Positions 32,544-42,900 are shown, numbered from the stretch's first letter. The stretch: DNA of 64,000 bases from a virus (IMGVR_UViG_3300009873_000001); one strand, 5' to 3'. The notes: generated from the sequence alone by a model not told the origin. A program made the numbers and translations.

Positions 32544-33112
32544 AGGCGCACAGGAACACCTCCGAAGACGAGCGACTCCGCCGCGCCGCACGCGAGGCCG
32601 GTCTCTCTGCGGAAAAGCTAGGCCGGCTGATCAGGGAGCTGGTCCGCGCCGGTCATGGCCCGCACCCGCTGAGCGACGAGTTGAGCCTCGATATCGAGGC
32701 GCGGGTCAGGCTCCTCAAACGGCGCGTCGAAAGAAGAGGCGAGCTCCACGACCACGAGATCACGGGCGTAGCCGACATGTTCGCTCAGTACGTCGTGCTC
32801 CTCGAGCAAGAAGACTACTGGCTCACAGGGCGACCCACTCAGCCATGGTCGCGAGTCGACTGCGTGGCGGCAGAGGAATCCGGCGCCTACGAGGACTTCT
32901 TCTGGGTCATAGGCGCCAGTGAAGGATTCGACGTCAGCAACGACGAAGACCGCGACATATGGTTCATAGATCTCTCCGAGCAGTCTGCCGACTACCAGCT
33001 CTTCCACCGTCGCCTCTACGCCACCGCGACCAAGCTCCATAGGCGCTGGCTGCGCGAGTTGGGCATAGGCCCCTTGCTGCGACCACAGCGGAGGAGGCGC
33101 CGTGCTGAGTGA
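32540..33112 (+). CDS. module A protein
   Basis: MKAHRNTSEDERLRRAAREAG...RELVRAG. Confidence 0.75.
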   Translation: MKAHRNTSEDERLRRAAREAGLSAEKLGRLIRELVRAGHGPHPLSDELSLDIEARVRLLKRRVERRGELHDHEITGVADMFAQYVVLLEQEDYWLTGRPTQPWSRVDCVAAEESGAYEDFFWVIGASEGFDVSNDEDRDIWFIDLSEQSADYQLFHRRLYATATKLHRRWLRELGIGPLLRPQRRRRRAE

Positions 33113-33758
33113 GCTGCACGAGAATCCGCCTGGCAGTGACGCCAGAATCGAGGCCCTGCGCCGTCAGGCCGAGTTGGGCGACCTGCAGGCTGCGACACAG
33201 CTCTACGTCGAACTCGCTCGGCGCGGCATGGCGCCCATTCCGATCTGGAACCGCTGCCAGGTATTCCGGGCCTATCTTGAAGAGGCGATCAGCTCGCTGC
33301 GGATGTGGAGCGGGAACTTCCAAAGAGATCCAGGCGCGATCGTCGTGGATAACCGCCGCGGCCAGTATTCGGTTCGGCACAGGGTCGACTGGCCATTCAG
33401 GCGCGCCCCAGAGACGGTCGAGCTGGCCTTCTTTCACCACAGGCCGCCAGCCGTCTTTGCTCACGACGACGGATTCTTCGCCGCCTTCCTGGAATCTCCT
33501 GTCACAACCTCCGAAGAGCGCTACGTGGCGGTGTTCTTGACCATGTACACCAACCAGCACGCCTTCCGCGACGTTGTCAGCCGCAAGAGGAACTACTACG
33601 GCAAACGCCTGAACTTCCTCTACGGCTTGAATCCAGACGCGCCCGTCCTAGAGAGCGGTAGAATCAACAGTAGCTGGCCGCGCGACGACACCGGCCGGCT
33701 CGACATGTTCAACTTGGTCTCAGACCCGACTATCCTCACTGAGTGGAGACGCCCATGA
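33102..33758 (+). CDS. module A protein
   Basis: ...SDARIEALRRQAELGDLQAATQL...RRG. Confidence 0.75.
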   Translation: MLSELHENPPGSDARIEALRRQAELGDLQAATQLYVELARRGMAPIPIWNRCQVFRAYLEEAISSLRMWSGNFQRDPGAIVVDNRRGQYSVRHRVDWPFRRAPETVELAFFHHRPPAVFAHDDGFFAAFLESPVTTSEERYVAVFLTMYTNQHAFRDVVSRKRNYYGKRLNFLYGLNPDAPVLESGRINSSWPRDDTGRLDMFNLVSDPTILTEWRRP

Positions 33759-34261
33759 AGGCTGACGTGCTCAAGCTAGCTGGCCTCGCGTTCTGCTGGG
33801 GCTACGCCAAGAGCCGCTCAGTCAACGGCGAGACCATGAAAAGCGACTGCGCCGATTCGATCTATCAGATGGCCAAGCACTCGGTCAGCCCCGGCCAGCT
33901 GATCATGAACGCCGGCCTCGGGCCACTGCAAGAGGAAATGCTGTTCCGCGCAGGGATCCAGCCCAAGATCGGCCTGGCACCCACAGCGGCCATATTCGGG
34001 GCCTTCCACATTCGTCGCATGGACGCTCAGAACGTCGCCCACGCCGCGGACGCTGGCCTGGGCGGATTGCTCTACGGCTTCGTCTACGACCACTTCGGCC
34101 TGGGCGCCTCGACCTTGGTCCACGGAGCCCACAACCTCGGCGTGGCGATCGGAACTCTGTTCTCTGCCAAGCAAGAGCTAGGGCGCCGGGTCAACGCCAA
34201 GAAGAGGGCCAATAACCTGCAGGGGCTTCCCAAGAAGCTCCGGCCGCTCAGGCGTCGCTAG
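33755..34261 (+). CDS. CPBP (CAAX/Abi/Rce1-like) intramembrane protease
   Basis: PLQEEMLFR, FGAFH, VHGAHN. Confidence 0.8.
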   Translation: MKADVLKLAGLAFCWGYAKSRSVNGETMKSDCADSIYQMAKHSVSPGQLIMNAGLGPLQEEMLFRAGIQPKIGLAPTAAIFGAFHIRRMDAQNVAHAADAGLGGLLYGFVYDHFGLGASTLVHGAHNLGVAIGTLFSAKQELGRRVNAKKRANNLQGLPKKLRPLRRR

Positions 34262-34643
34262 GCGCGTCTTCCGGCGCGCGCTCCTCGGCCATGCGCACGA
34301 CTTCTCCGTGGCGGGTCCGACGACGCCAAGTCTCAATGCTGCAGAGCGTGAAGCGCGGGTGATAGCAGAAGCCAGCGCCGTCTTCGGGTCCGTAGAGCCA
34401 AAGAACTCTGCCCCAGAGAACCTCCACGATCTCGCCTTGCTCGTTTTCAATGATCTTGCGCACAAACCGCGTGAACCGCTCGGGTCTGGCATGCGGCACG
34501 ATCTCTGTGCGCACGACGTCGCCAGGAACGGGATCTAGCCGCGGATCGCGCAGCCGGAGAAGCCCTGCACGCCAGCGACGCCGCGCTTCACGGTCGCCAG
34601 CTCTAGCACGGCGCTCGAGGTCGCGCAGACCCGCGTCGCTCAT
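34248..34643 (-). CDS. module A plus RDPRxDPxPGD domain protein
   Basis: MSDAGLRDLERRARAGDREA...RDPRLDPVPGD. Confidence 0.8.
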   Translation of the reverse strand: MSDAGLRDLERRARAGDREARRRWRAGLLRLRDPRLDPVPGDVVRTEIVPHARPERFTRFVRKIIENEQGEIVEVLWGRVLWLYGPEDGAGFCYHPRFTLCSIETWRRRTRHGEVVRMAEERAPEDAPSDA

Positions 34644-34849
34644 TCACACAGCGGCTTGTCGCGCGGCTTGCCTATGAGCGCCAGCCACCGCCTGGCCTCT
34701 TGCGCGCCTTCACGGCCCTGGGTGGTGTAGTCATGCGTGTTGTTGAGTGCGGCCCACAAGAACCGCAACGCCTCGTCGTCCGGCCTGGGCACGAGCAGTT
34801 GCCCGGCGCGCTCAGCCTCGCGCACAGCTCTCTGAACACGCTCGTCCAT
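34640..34849 (-). CDS. module B protein (alternative GTG start at 34927)
   Basis: MDERVQRAVREAERAGQLLVPRP...WLALIG. Confidence 0.7.
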   Translation of the reverse strand: MDERVQRAVREAERAGQLLVPRPDDEALRFLWAALNNTHDYTTQGREGAQEARRWLALIGKPRDKPLCE

Positions 34850-35194
34850 GTTGGCACCGATCATCCAGTTGGAAGGATTTTGCGGATCGTGATAGAAGGT
34901 CGGAATCGCTACGACGTAAAGGGTCACGACGCCGGCCTGCGCTCGTCCATGACTCCCGAGCCGCACTTCGGACAGCGCTGAGAGGCCAGCTGGAACTGCC
35001 TCCCCTTCCAGCCGCAGAACTCGCACTCCTTGCGCTGAGCCGGCCCGCGCGGCCAGGCGCTCAGGTCTTCGAGCGCTGCGCAGGTCGTGGTCTCGTGCCA
35101 GTCGCGGCAGGGCGTCGTGGGGCAGACCCAGACCTGCTTGTTCGCGGAGATCATGCAATCCGAGCAGCACATGGACGTGACCGACGAGCAGACG

Positions 35195-35788
35195 CTACAC
35201 GGGGCTGGCATGGGCAGCGACGCTCTTGTCGAGCCTGACCGTGAAGGCACGTATCGGCGGTTGCCCAGGGATCGGGTGCGGCATGGGCGGGCCGTCCTCG
35301 AACGCCTCCACAGCGTACTTGGACACGATCTTGAGCGACCCGTCTGGAGTGGGTGTGATCGTCGCCAGCAGGACCCCGTCTCGCTCCTGGACCTCGCAGA
35401 CGTCCACGTCTCGGATCTCATGCCGCCTGGCCACGAACTTCAACGGCAGGAGGACCGGAGCAGACAGCCGAAGGCCAGACGAAGCTGCACCGGTCGTGCA
35501 GGCTCCGCCGTCGTCCAGCTCCGGGTTGTTGGCCGCGCCTTGGAGGTCGGGCTTTTCGCGCGCAGTCAGCATGTCTTCGATCTGCTTCTTCGTGGCCTCC
35601 ACGTCCGGCCTGAGCGCGAGCGAGTTCATGATCGGCTTGCCGGTGGCCGGATCGTTGACCACGATCCGCGTGTAGCCGGACCCGGCCATGCCGTAGGTGT
35701 TCGGGCCGAACTGCGCTATGCACCGTTCCTGCTCGTCGCGCAGGGTGTGATAGCCCTCGCCGTCGTGACTCCACTGAAAACCGGCCAT
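35195..35788 (-). CDS. hypothetical protein
   Basis: GGAGG RBS; TAATG overlap with the methyltransferase stop. Confidence 0.7.
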   Translation of the reverse strand: MAGFQWSHDGEGYHTLRDEQERCIAQFGPNTYGMAGSGYTRIVVNDPATGKPIMNSLALRPDVEATKKQIEDMLTAREKPDLQGAANNPELDDGGACTTGAASSGLRLSAPVLLPLKFVARRHEIRDVDVCEVQERDGVLLATITPTPDGSLKIVSKYAVEAFEDGPPMPHPIPGQPPIRAFTVRLDKSVAAHASPV

Positions 35789-36726
35789 TAGGCCTCCTTC
35801 CACCGAGCGAGCGCGCGTTCGGCGCGCTTCCGGTCACGTTCCACACCGACCGCTGAGATGCCGAGCCGCTTGGCGACGACCGCGGTCTGGCCGGCGCCTA
35901 GGAAAGTATCTAGCACGACCTGTCGCTCTCCGCGCGCGGCAAGCCCGGCGCAGCCAGACACCTTCAGACAGCGCTCCACGAGTTCGGCTGGATACTCGTA
36001 GTCGTGGGCCTTCTTCTTGGTAGCGCCGGTAGTTTCATAGCCCACGACCCACACATCCCCACCGCAGCGGAGATTTCCGTTCTTCCCTCGAGTCCCTCTG
36101 GTCAGATTCGACTGATCCGCGAACGGCACGCCTACCGCCAGCCGGTCCAGCTCCGGCTCACCACCAAGAGCGGTCGGCTTGAAGGCCGTGAACAAGTGCT
36201 CCCAGGAGTAGTTGAGCAGGTTCGGGCTGTTCAGCGGCTGGCAGTGCCCACGGCAAGGTTGTCCAGGACCAGGCGAGTAACTCTTCACCCACGCGATCTG
36301 CTGGTGGGCGACCAGCGCGTCGTCCATGCCCAATGACCCGTTCAGGAAGCCGGAGAACGCCTTCCACGGGCGCAAGAAGTCTTCGCGAAGCTGGCCGAAG
36401 TTGAAGAACACCCAGGCGCCCGGCACGAGCGCGCGGTGTGCGAACTCGCCCACGGTCTGCATGAGCTCGTGATCGAACCCGTCGGCCTTCTTGTACGGCG
36501 GGCTCGTGACGAGCACGTTGGCCGCGCCGCCCTCTAACCAGCTCGAATCCCAGACCTCGCGCACGTCAGCTAGTGCGATCATGATGTTGAGATCGCCTTG
36601 CTGAGCTTCAAGGATCTCGAGCCGCGGATCACGCAGGCGAAGGAGACCTGCGCGCAAGCGCTGTTGCGCCTCGCGGTCGCCGGCTTTAGCACGGCGCTCA
36701 AGTTCTCGTAGGCTTGCGTCGCTCAA
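35788..36726 (-). CDS. beta-class N4-cytosine/N6-adenine DNA methyltransferase with N-terminal module A
   Basis: VTSPPY precedes VLDTFLGAGQT. Confidence 0.88.
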   Translation of the reverse strand: MSDASLRELERRAKAGDREAQQRLRAGLLRLRDPRLEILEAQQGDLNIMIALADVREVWDSSWLEGGAANVLVTSPPYKKADGFDHELMQTVGEFAHRALVPGAWVFFNFGQLREDFLRPWKAFSGFLNGSLGMDDALVAHQQIAWVKSYSPGPGQPCRGHCQPLNSPNLLNYSWEHLFTAFKPTALGGEPELDRLAVGVPFADQSNLTRGTRGKNGNLRCGGDVWVVGYETTGATKKKAHDYEYPAELVERCLKVSGCAGLAARGERQVVLDTFLGAGQTAVVAKRLGISAVGVERDRKRAERALARWKEA

Positions 36727-37220
36727 TCGGCGTTGTCCTGGTCGTAGGTGATCCCGTGATCTTTCGTGGTCTGACGGCGAAAGTCAGCTTGCTGTTGAGC
36801 GCGCCACTTGTTGTGGTGCTCCTCGATCTCTTGCTGCGAGATCCCGCACCCGCAGCCGATCGCGCTGCAGTGCGGCCTGTAGCGCGACTCCCAGTCGCGG
36901 TGCTTCTCGCGCATGTGGCCGTTGATACTGTGCTTGCAGGACGGGCACAACAAATCTGCGTCGCTGGTCCGAGCAGCTGAGCCAGGTGCGCCAAAATTTG
37001 GAGGGACCTTCTTGAGCCCTTCGTCGAGGGCCCTGCTGATCAGCATGCAGGACAAGGACAGCGAATGCAGGTGCTCCCACGTTCGAATCCGATCCGGCCC
37101 CGTACGCAGCTCCTCCTGAAGCACGACAGCCAAAAGCTTGTCGAATTCCTCCGGGCCGAGCGACGACAAGCCGCCGTTTAGCAGGTAGCGCACGCCGCGT
37201 CTGGCGTCTTCGTCGCTCAC
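36723..37220 (-). CDS. hypothetical protein with Cys/His cluster
   Basis: MSDEDARRGVR...; CPSCKH...H...C..C.C. Confidence 0.65.
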   Translation of the reverse strand: MSDEDARRGVRYLLNGGLSSLGPEEFDKLLAVVLQEELRTGPDRIRTWEHLHSLSLSCMLISRALDEGLKKVPPNFGAPGSAARTSDADLLCPSCKHSINGHMREKHRDWESRYRPHCSAIGCGCGISQQEIEEHHNKWRAQQQADFRRQTTKDHGITYDQDNAD

Positions 37221-37636
37221 CGCTTCGCCTTCTTTCTCTTGGCGGGCTTCTTCTTGCGCGCCTTGCGAGACAGCCCGTAGTCCAAAGCCTCGATTGCGCT
37301 CACGAACTCGTCCAGGTCGGCGTAGACGGGTGCTTCCATATCGAGCTTGTCAGGATCGAAGAGCCCGAGCCTGCCCGCCCAGCGCATCCACTGGTTGGGC
37401 GCCTGCATGCGCCAGAGCACGATCGTAGCGCCAGCGCAATGTTGCTCGTCCGCGTCGTAGGGCCGGCGCTCGACGTCCTCTGCGGCGCCGTAATCGATCG
37501 TCTTGTGGCAGGTGAAGTGCCGGTCGCCCTTGAGCGCGTCGGCGATCTCGCGCGCCCGCCCCGGGGCCAGATAGAACGGCTTGTCCGTGCGGAATGGGCA
37601 ATTGTCACACGGCTTGGTCATGTCGAACCTAGGCAT
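37217..37636 (-). CDS. Cys-rich phage protein (DUF6283-like)
   Basis: PCDNCPFR...FTCHKT...HCAGA. Confidence 0.7.
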   Translation of the reverse strand: MPRFDMTKPCDNCPFRTDKPFYLAPGRAREIADALKGDRHFTCHKTIDYGAAEDVERRPYDADEQHCAGATIVLWRMQAPNQWMRWAGRLGLFDPDKLDMEAPVYADLDEFVSAIEALDYGLSRKARKKKPAKRKKAKR

Positions 37637-38166
37637 CCGACCTCAACGTGCCGTGCAAGCTCCCCACCCTCTCCTGAGCCTCGCCCTCAGCCACAGTCTT
37701 GCGCACGCACTCCAAGCAGGTGTGACCTTTGTTCCAAACGTCGTTCACAGCCACGATCACGTCGACCGTGACCTTGCCCAGCTTGAAGATCGTCCGGTTG
37801 AAGTCTTCGGAAATCGCCGCGCCGCAGTTATCGCAGAAGAGCTTGATCATGAGAGCCGCCTCGTGCCGCACTTCCAGCAGGCGCCTTCTTCGGTACAGTT
37901 GACGTCGTCGGTGGGCACGCCGCAGCATGAGCAGGTGCCGTGGTGACTCCCGCGCGGCCTGCTCCGATCCATAACCTGTCCGTGAGGGCACGCCTGCGAC
38001 CTGGGCGGCTCCATGTCGAGCACAGGGCCGTGCGCCCGCTTCGTGGCACCGCAGTTCTTGCACGTAGGCGTCGGCAGCACGATCGAATGGAAGGTTCGCG
38101 GCACGGTGACCGGACCGCCACACAGGCCACAGGTCCCCACTACCGTTTCGTTGATCCCAACCGAGG

Positions 38167-38793
38167 TCATGCCGACTCCCTCCCCACCGGCTTCGGCAGC
38201 ACCCGCTCGAGCTCCCTCAGGAACGAGCGCTGCTTGGCCGTGTTCTCCTCCACCTCCTTCAGTCGCTCGCGTTCACGACTGATCGACCGTTCTGTTTCGC
38301 TGATACCAGTGGCGCGAATCTTCTCTGCGACCTGCCGCCGCTCTTCTCGCGTCTGGCCCAGCTCGCGGTAGCCCCACGGCTCTGGTTCGCGGCAGTCGTG
38401 CTTGATCGACTCGTCGAGCATGCGCAGCATGAGGCCCTTGAACTCCTCATGGTCCTTGGTGGGCGGTTCCCAGCTTTCGACCTGGGCACGGAAGGTCATG
38501 TAGCGCTCGCGCAGCTCACGCTGTTTCACGACGTCCTGCTCGAATTGCCGCTGCGCGCCCTCGTTGAGCAGGCGCTGCTTTTCGAGGATCTCTTCCACAC
38601 TGGCACCCTTCCACCAGCTCAGCTCTTCCATGCTCTCTTCAAGCCGCTCGCGCGGCCAGCGCAGTTGCTCTTCGTCGTCCTGCTCGCTGGGGATCTCAGC
38701 GTGGTAGAAAAGCTGAGCAGCACACCGCCAGGCGTAGCTGGCCAAACTCAGGTCGCTGCCGTCGTAGATCGCGCTCGTCAAACCGCTAGGCAT
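38167..38793 (-). CDS. phage coiled-coil protein
   Basis: MPSGLTSAIYDG...WEPPTKDH. Confidence 0.75.
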   Translation of the reverse strand: MPSGLTSAIYDGSDLSLASYAWRCAAQLFYHAEIPSEQDDEEQLRWPRERLEESMEELSWWKGASVEEILEKQRLLNEGAQRQFEQDVVKQRELRERYMTFRAQVESWEPPTKDHEEFKGLMLRMLDESIKHDCREPEPWGYRELGQTREERRQVAEKIRATGISETERSISRERERLKEVEENTAKQRSFLRELERVLPKPVGRESA

Positions 38794-39361
38794 TCTCTCC
38801 TCCTTCGATCTCCGTCAAGAATTGCACGACGTCTTCACGTATGGCGCAGCAGGCCAACCTCGCCCCGGCGGCCGAATAACAATCCGGCAGCTTGCCTTTG
38901 GGCGGCGGCGTGAACACCTCTGACGGGTAGCGCCTGGCCACGTCGTCTACGATCTCCAGCACGCGCTCGAGCGCGGCTGTCGGCCGCACGGCCTCTCCGT
39001 GTCGGCGGCCGGACAGGGCGAACTCGGCGTGCGGAATCTCGACTATCCCCGGCAGTTTCGAGAGGTCACTCAGGTCCTGTTCATAGAGCCAGGCCAAGAA
39101 GTGCGGGAACAGCGGGCAGACCCAGATCGCGTGTTTCATGAGGTCTGCCCCGGCGTGACCGCCAGGCCGGAAGATCGACCCTTCACCGGTCTCCAGGTCG
39201 AGCACCAGCAGGTGGTCAGGGCTCCAGCCGCGAACCCGCAAGAGCTGCCCGTCGACCTCGGAGCGTCGCGCCCACTCCTCTTTCGTGAAGCGCCCGAGCA
39301 TGAACTTGCCCCAGTTGCCCTTGCCGCCCGGGTGCATGGCCTCTATGAACTTCGTCTCCAC
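38786..39361 (-). CDS. phage hypothetical protein
   Basis: NWGKF...DLETGEG...WVCPLF. Confidence 0.75.
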   Translation of the reverse strand: METKFIEAMHPGGKGNWGKFMLGRFTKEEWARRSEVDGQLLRVRGWSPDHLLVLDLETGEGSIFRPGGHAGADLMKHAIWVCPLFPHFLAWLYEQDLSDLSKLPGIVEIPHAEFALSGRRHGEAVRPTAALERVLEIVDDVARRYPSEVFTPPPKGKLPDCYSAAGARLACCAIREDVVQFLTEIEGGENA

Positions 39362-39365
39362 GGAA

Positions 39366-39773
39366 CTAGCCGCCGCCGAGAACGATCAGCCCGCTGCGCG
39401 GGCCGAGCGTGACCTTCTTCTCCGCGCTCATGTCAGGAAACGCCACCTTCTCCTGCTCTTCGTCCTCGTCGCTGTGATTGAACTTGGTGGGCCTTCCGAA
39501 GCAGTACGCGGCGACCTTGCCCGCGCCGTCGCGCACATAGGCAAAGTCGGTCGTCTGCGAGTTGCTCCACGGCCATGGCCACCCGCGCTCAGGCGCCGTC
39601 CAGTCCTTGCGCTGGGCCTGCTTCTGGAGCAGTTCGGCCCACTCTTCCTTGGTCATGGCCTCCTTGAGGCCGTCGATTCCGCTGGGATACCCGTCCCAGG
39701 CGACCGACCCCAACCAAGTGGCGGTGGCCGTGTTGCCGTTCTCGCTGTCGTAAAAATCAGCTCGCGTGCCCAT
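39366..39773 (-). CDS. phage hypothetical protein
   Basis: MGTRADFY...WDGYP...GWPWPW. Confidence 0.75.
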   Translation of the reverse strand: MGTRADFYDSENGNTATATWLGSVAWDGYPSGIDGLKEAMTKEEWAELLQKQAQRKDWTAPERGWPWPWSNSQTTDFAYVRDGAGKVAAYCFGRPTKFNHSDEDEEQEKVAFPDMSAEKKVTLGPRSGLIVLGGG

Positions 39774-39784
39774 GCTTCTTTCTC

Positions 39785-40237
39785 CTACCTGCTGTCGATC
39801 GCAGCCAGCCCGAAAGCCGGATTGACTGCTACCGCGGTGTTGTATTCCTTGATCAGCTCGGCCCGACGACGCTGCAGCTCCAGGAGCGCGTGGTTCAGGC
39901 GGTCGAACTCGGCGCGGTCCTCCGAGCGCGAGATCCAGCGCCCGGCGGCCTCGGCCTGCTTACGCGCCAGCGCCTGCAGCGCAGCCTGAATCTCAATGTC
40001 GAGGGCCTTGATCTCCTCCGCGGTTCGCGCGAACCAGACCCGATCAGTCGTGACCGTCTTGCTCACGTCCTCGGAGCGCCACAGATAGTGAACCACCAGG
40101 CGCACCGTGAACGCGCACAAGAGTACGACCACGATCAGCGCCACGATCTTGAGTGCGATCCGCGAGCCGCGGACCGGATTGATCACGGCCTCTGCGTGGT
40201 CAAGCGCCTCGTTGACCCCGATCCCTTCGTCACCCAT
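39785..40237 (-). CDS. single-pass membrane coiled-coil protein
   Basis: Hydrophobic IALKIVALIVVVLLCAF followed by a coiled coil. Confidence 0.65.
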   Translation of the reverse strand: MGDEGIGVNEALDHAEAVINPVRGSRIALKIVALIVVVLLCAFTVRLVVHYLWRSEDVSKTVTTDRVWFARTAEEIKALDIEIQAALQALARKQAEAAGRWISRSEDRAEFDRLNHALLELQRRRAELIKEYNTAVAVNPAFGLAAIDSR

Positions 40238-40435
40238 TCTCGGCTTCTTTCTTGGGCATCTTTACCAGCTTGTCCGCCTCAGCCGCGCGGAAAAAGTCCT
40301 GTATGACGCGCGCGGTTTCGAGCGGGCACTGCTCTTCGCCCTTGCTCACGAAGTTGTCGTAGAGCGCGCGAGTGTGTTCGCCCATGCGGTCCGGCGTCAA
40401 CAGGGACGCCATGGCTCTGGCGTGATCGGCGTACG

Positions 40436-41143
40436 TCACGCGACCTCCACGACCTGGATCTCGTTCGTGATCGTATAAGCGTCGTTCAAGATCGCCGCGT
40501 TGACGAACTGCACGCCGCGTCCTGCGATCTTCCGCACCTCTTCGCCAGCGCCTGGGTGAATGTGGCCGAAGACGTGCAGCTTGAGCTTCTTCAAGGCCGG
40601 CAAGCGCTCGGTGAGATACTTGCACCCGACTGGCCCGCGCTCGACCTCGTCGCGGATCCCGTAGGGCGGACCGTGGGTGACGAGCACGTCGGTGTCTGCG
40701 GGGATCTTCTCCCAGCAACGCCTGGCATGAGCCCGCGCCCTGGCTGGATTCTCGACCGGCCGCGGGAAGTTGAAGGCCCACGCGAAGAACCACGGCGTCC
40801 AGGGCGAGCCGTAGAACTTGAGCCCGTCGATTTCAGCCGCTTCGTCCTGCAGCACGACCGCGTGAGTCAGGGCCTTCCGGCAGTCCGCTTCGCGCCGTTC
40901 GAAGGCGTAGTCGTGATTCCCGCCCACGACCACGACGAACTTGTATCCCACCGAGTGCTTCAGGTCGCCTAGAAACTCGTTGAACTGCGCGAGCTCGACG
41001 ACCTGGTGCTCGGCCTCCAGCTCAGGCTGAGCCGGGCCGTAGACGGACCGCAGTAGATCGCCGGCCAGCACGAGCCCGTCGGCCTTGGGGTAGTTCAAGG
41101 CGTCCCACTGCCCATGAATGTCGCTAGCCAAGGCCAGACGCAC
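40436..41143 (-). CDS. calcineurin-like metallophosphoesterase
   Basis: SDIHG, AGDL, GNHD, THGPP, GHIH. Confidence 0.92.
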   Translation of the reverse strand: MRLALASDIHGQWDALNYPKADGLVLAGDLLRSVYGPAQPELEAEHQVVELAQFNEFLGDLKHSVGYKFVVVVGGNHDYAFERREADCRKALTHAVVLQDEAAEIDGLKFYGSPWTPWFFAWAFNFPRPVENPARARAHARRCWEKIPADTDVLVTHGPPYGIRDEVERGPVGCKYLTERLPALKKLKLHVFGHIHPGAGEEVRKIAGRGVQFVNAAILNDAYTITNEIQVVEVA

Positions 41144-41423
41144 GAGCCGCCTCCTCGTTCTTCGATCTGGTGCAGTAGCCAGTCCCGGAGCAGTTGGAGC
41201 AGTGCCCGGTCTTGGAGCAGTGGGAGCAGCCCTCGATCGGATCGTTCAGCTTGCCAAGCAACCCGGCGGCTGTCTTCTCGAACGCCTCCGTCGCGATCCG
41301 CGACAGGTTCACGTCCACACCGTGCTGCTCGAGGCGCTTCATCAGTTCCAGCACATTCTTTGGGACCGTGAGGTTGAGCCTCGCGACCTTGGCGTATTTG
41401 CTCCGCCGCGGGCCGGGCCTCAC
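41124..41423 (-). CDS. ribbon-helix-helix (CcdA-like) protein with zinc finger
   Basis: RLNLTVP...VNLSRIA; CSHCSKTG and CSNCSGTG. Confidence 0.55.
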   Translation of the reverse strand: MRPGPRRSKYAKVARLNLTVPKNVLELMKRLEQHGVDVNLSRIATEAFEKTAAGLLGKLNDPIEGCSHCSKTGHCSNCSGTGYCTRSKNEEAARASGLG

Positions 41424-42387
41424 TTGGCAGCGCCCCTTCCAAACACATGCTCTATGTTCTCTACGAGCGCCTTCCAGTCGAGCTGGTGATCGTACCTCTC
41501 AGTTTGGCAGCACAGCTCCGGACGCACGTTGCCGCCTTCGTCGCGCGGACACTCTACGCAGGTTCCCCACCTGCTGCTCCTGGCGAATTGAACGAGCGCA
41601 GCGCGCAGCCCTGAAGTCATAGGAGGAGTCATGCCGGCCTCGTTGCTGCGATCCACATGAGCGCCACGCAGACCACCACCAGCAGCACAGCAGCTACGAC
41701 CAGCGCCTGTTTGACGGTACGGCGAGAGATAGGGAATCGCGAGTCGGCCATGCTAACCCATCTCCAACTTGAGGTAGGTCAAAAGAACGCCCACTTCGTG
41801 AACTTCCACAGCACGCCTACGAAGACAAGCAGCGCCACGAACGCGCAGGAGAGCGCGCATGCTCCGAACACCGTGTCTGGGTGAGGGCCCTTGCCCTTTT
41901 CGCCGGTGTCTTCCTTCTTCTGCTCCTCAGTCATCCGACCGGCTCCTTCTCGTCCTCGCCGAAGACGGTCACGAGCAGTCGCTCGGCTTCCCGCACATGA
42001 GGCGAGGCGCGGTCAGATACTACCCGGTGCAGGAACATGAAGAACTCTACTTTCCAAGGCTGCCCTTGGAAGCTGTTGCTTGGGCGCGGCAGTGGAAACT
42101 TCTCGTCAACCCACGAGAGGCAGGTAGCTACCGCGCTTGGCCCCCAGAACGAGCCGGGCACGCTGGCCTCTATGCCGCCGAACTTGACCTTCGGCCACCA
42201 GGTCCAGCCGATCTGAATGTCCGAAGAGCCACGAACAAGCACCTCCCAACCGTCCTCGCGCTTGTAGTGAGGAACAGAGTACGAGTGATTCGCCGAGGCA
42301 AACTCGTCGCAGTCGTCGTAGGGACTGCTCTTTCGCCACGTCATGACCCAGCCTGGCGGAACCGACGGCGCTTCGAACGCAGCCAAG

Positions 42388-42900
42388 CTAACCGAACTCC
42401 ACGCAGCCGTGCCTGGCGGCAGCCTTGAAGGCCGTCCTGAACTCTTCGTAGGTGGCAAGGAAGTCCCTGCCACCCCTGCCTTCGATCTTCTCACCGTATT
42501 CTTGGGCGCGGTCGCGCCACACGTCGAAGCTCTGCGCGAGCCGGTCGCACGTCTGCGGACCGATCACCCCTTCACAGTCCGAAAAGTGAATCAGGTCGTA
42601 GAACGGGCCGTCCTTGCCGGCGTCCGACTTCTCCCAGACGTCCGCGGCTGTTCCTTCGCCGATCATCTGCGCGAGCTGGTTGCGCCAGTGGTTGTAGTAG
42701 CTGTAGCTGCCTACGCGAAACGACACCGCTCCTTCAACCACATAGATTCCGTCGATTCCCTCAGCTTGCCTTGGAAAGTCGACCGGACAGAGGTGCCGCG
42801 CGTCCGGCATGTCAGCTTCGTGGCGGTCGAAGTACTCTTCGTCCTCGCGGAGTTTTCTCAGGAACTTGATGCTGGTGTAGTGGCTGACGTCGAGGCCCAC
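42388..42900 (-). CDS. phage hypothetical protein
   Basis: MGLD...GSYSYYNHWR...FSDCEG. Confidence 0.78.
   Translation of the reverse strand: MGLDVSHYTSIKFLRKLREDEEYFDRHEADMPDARHLCPVDFPRQAEGIDGIYVVEGAVSFRVGSYSYYNHWRNQLAQMIGEGTAADVWEKSDAGKDGPFYDLIHFSDCEGVIGPQTCDRLAQSFDVWRDRAQEYGEKIEGRGGRDFLATYEEFRTAFKAAARHGCVEFG

Noticed and set aside
36723-37220. MSDEDARRGVR as a module A member
   Set aside because: Similarity is limited to the first few residues, so it was not counted.
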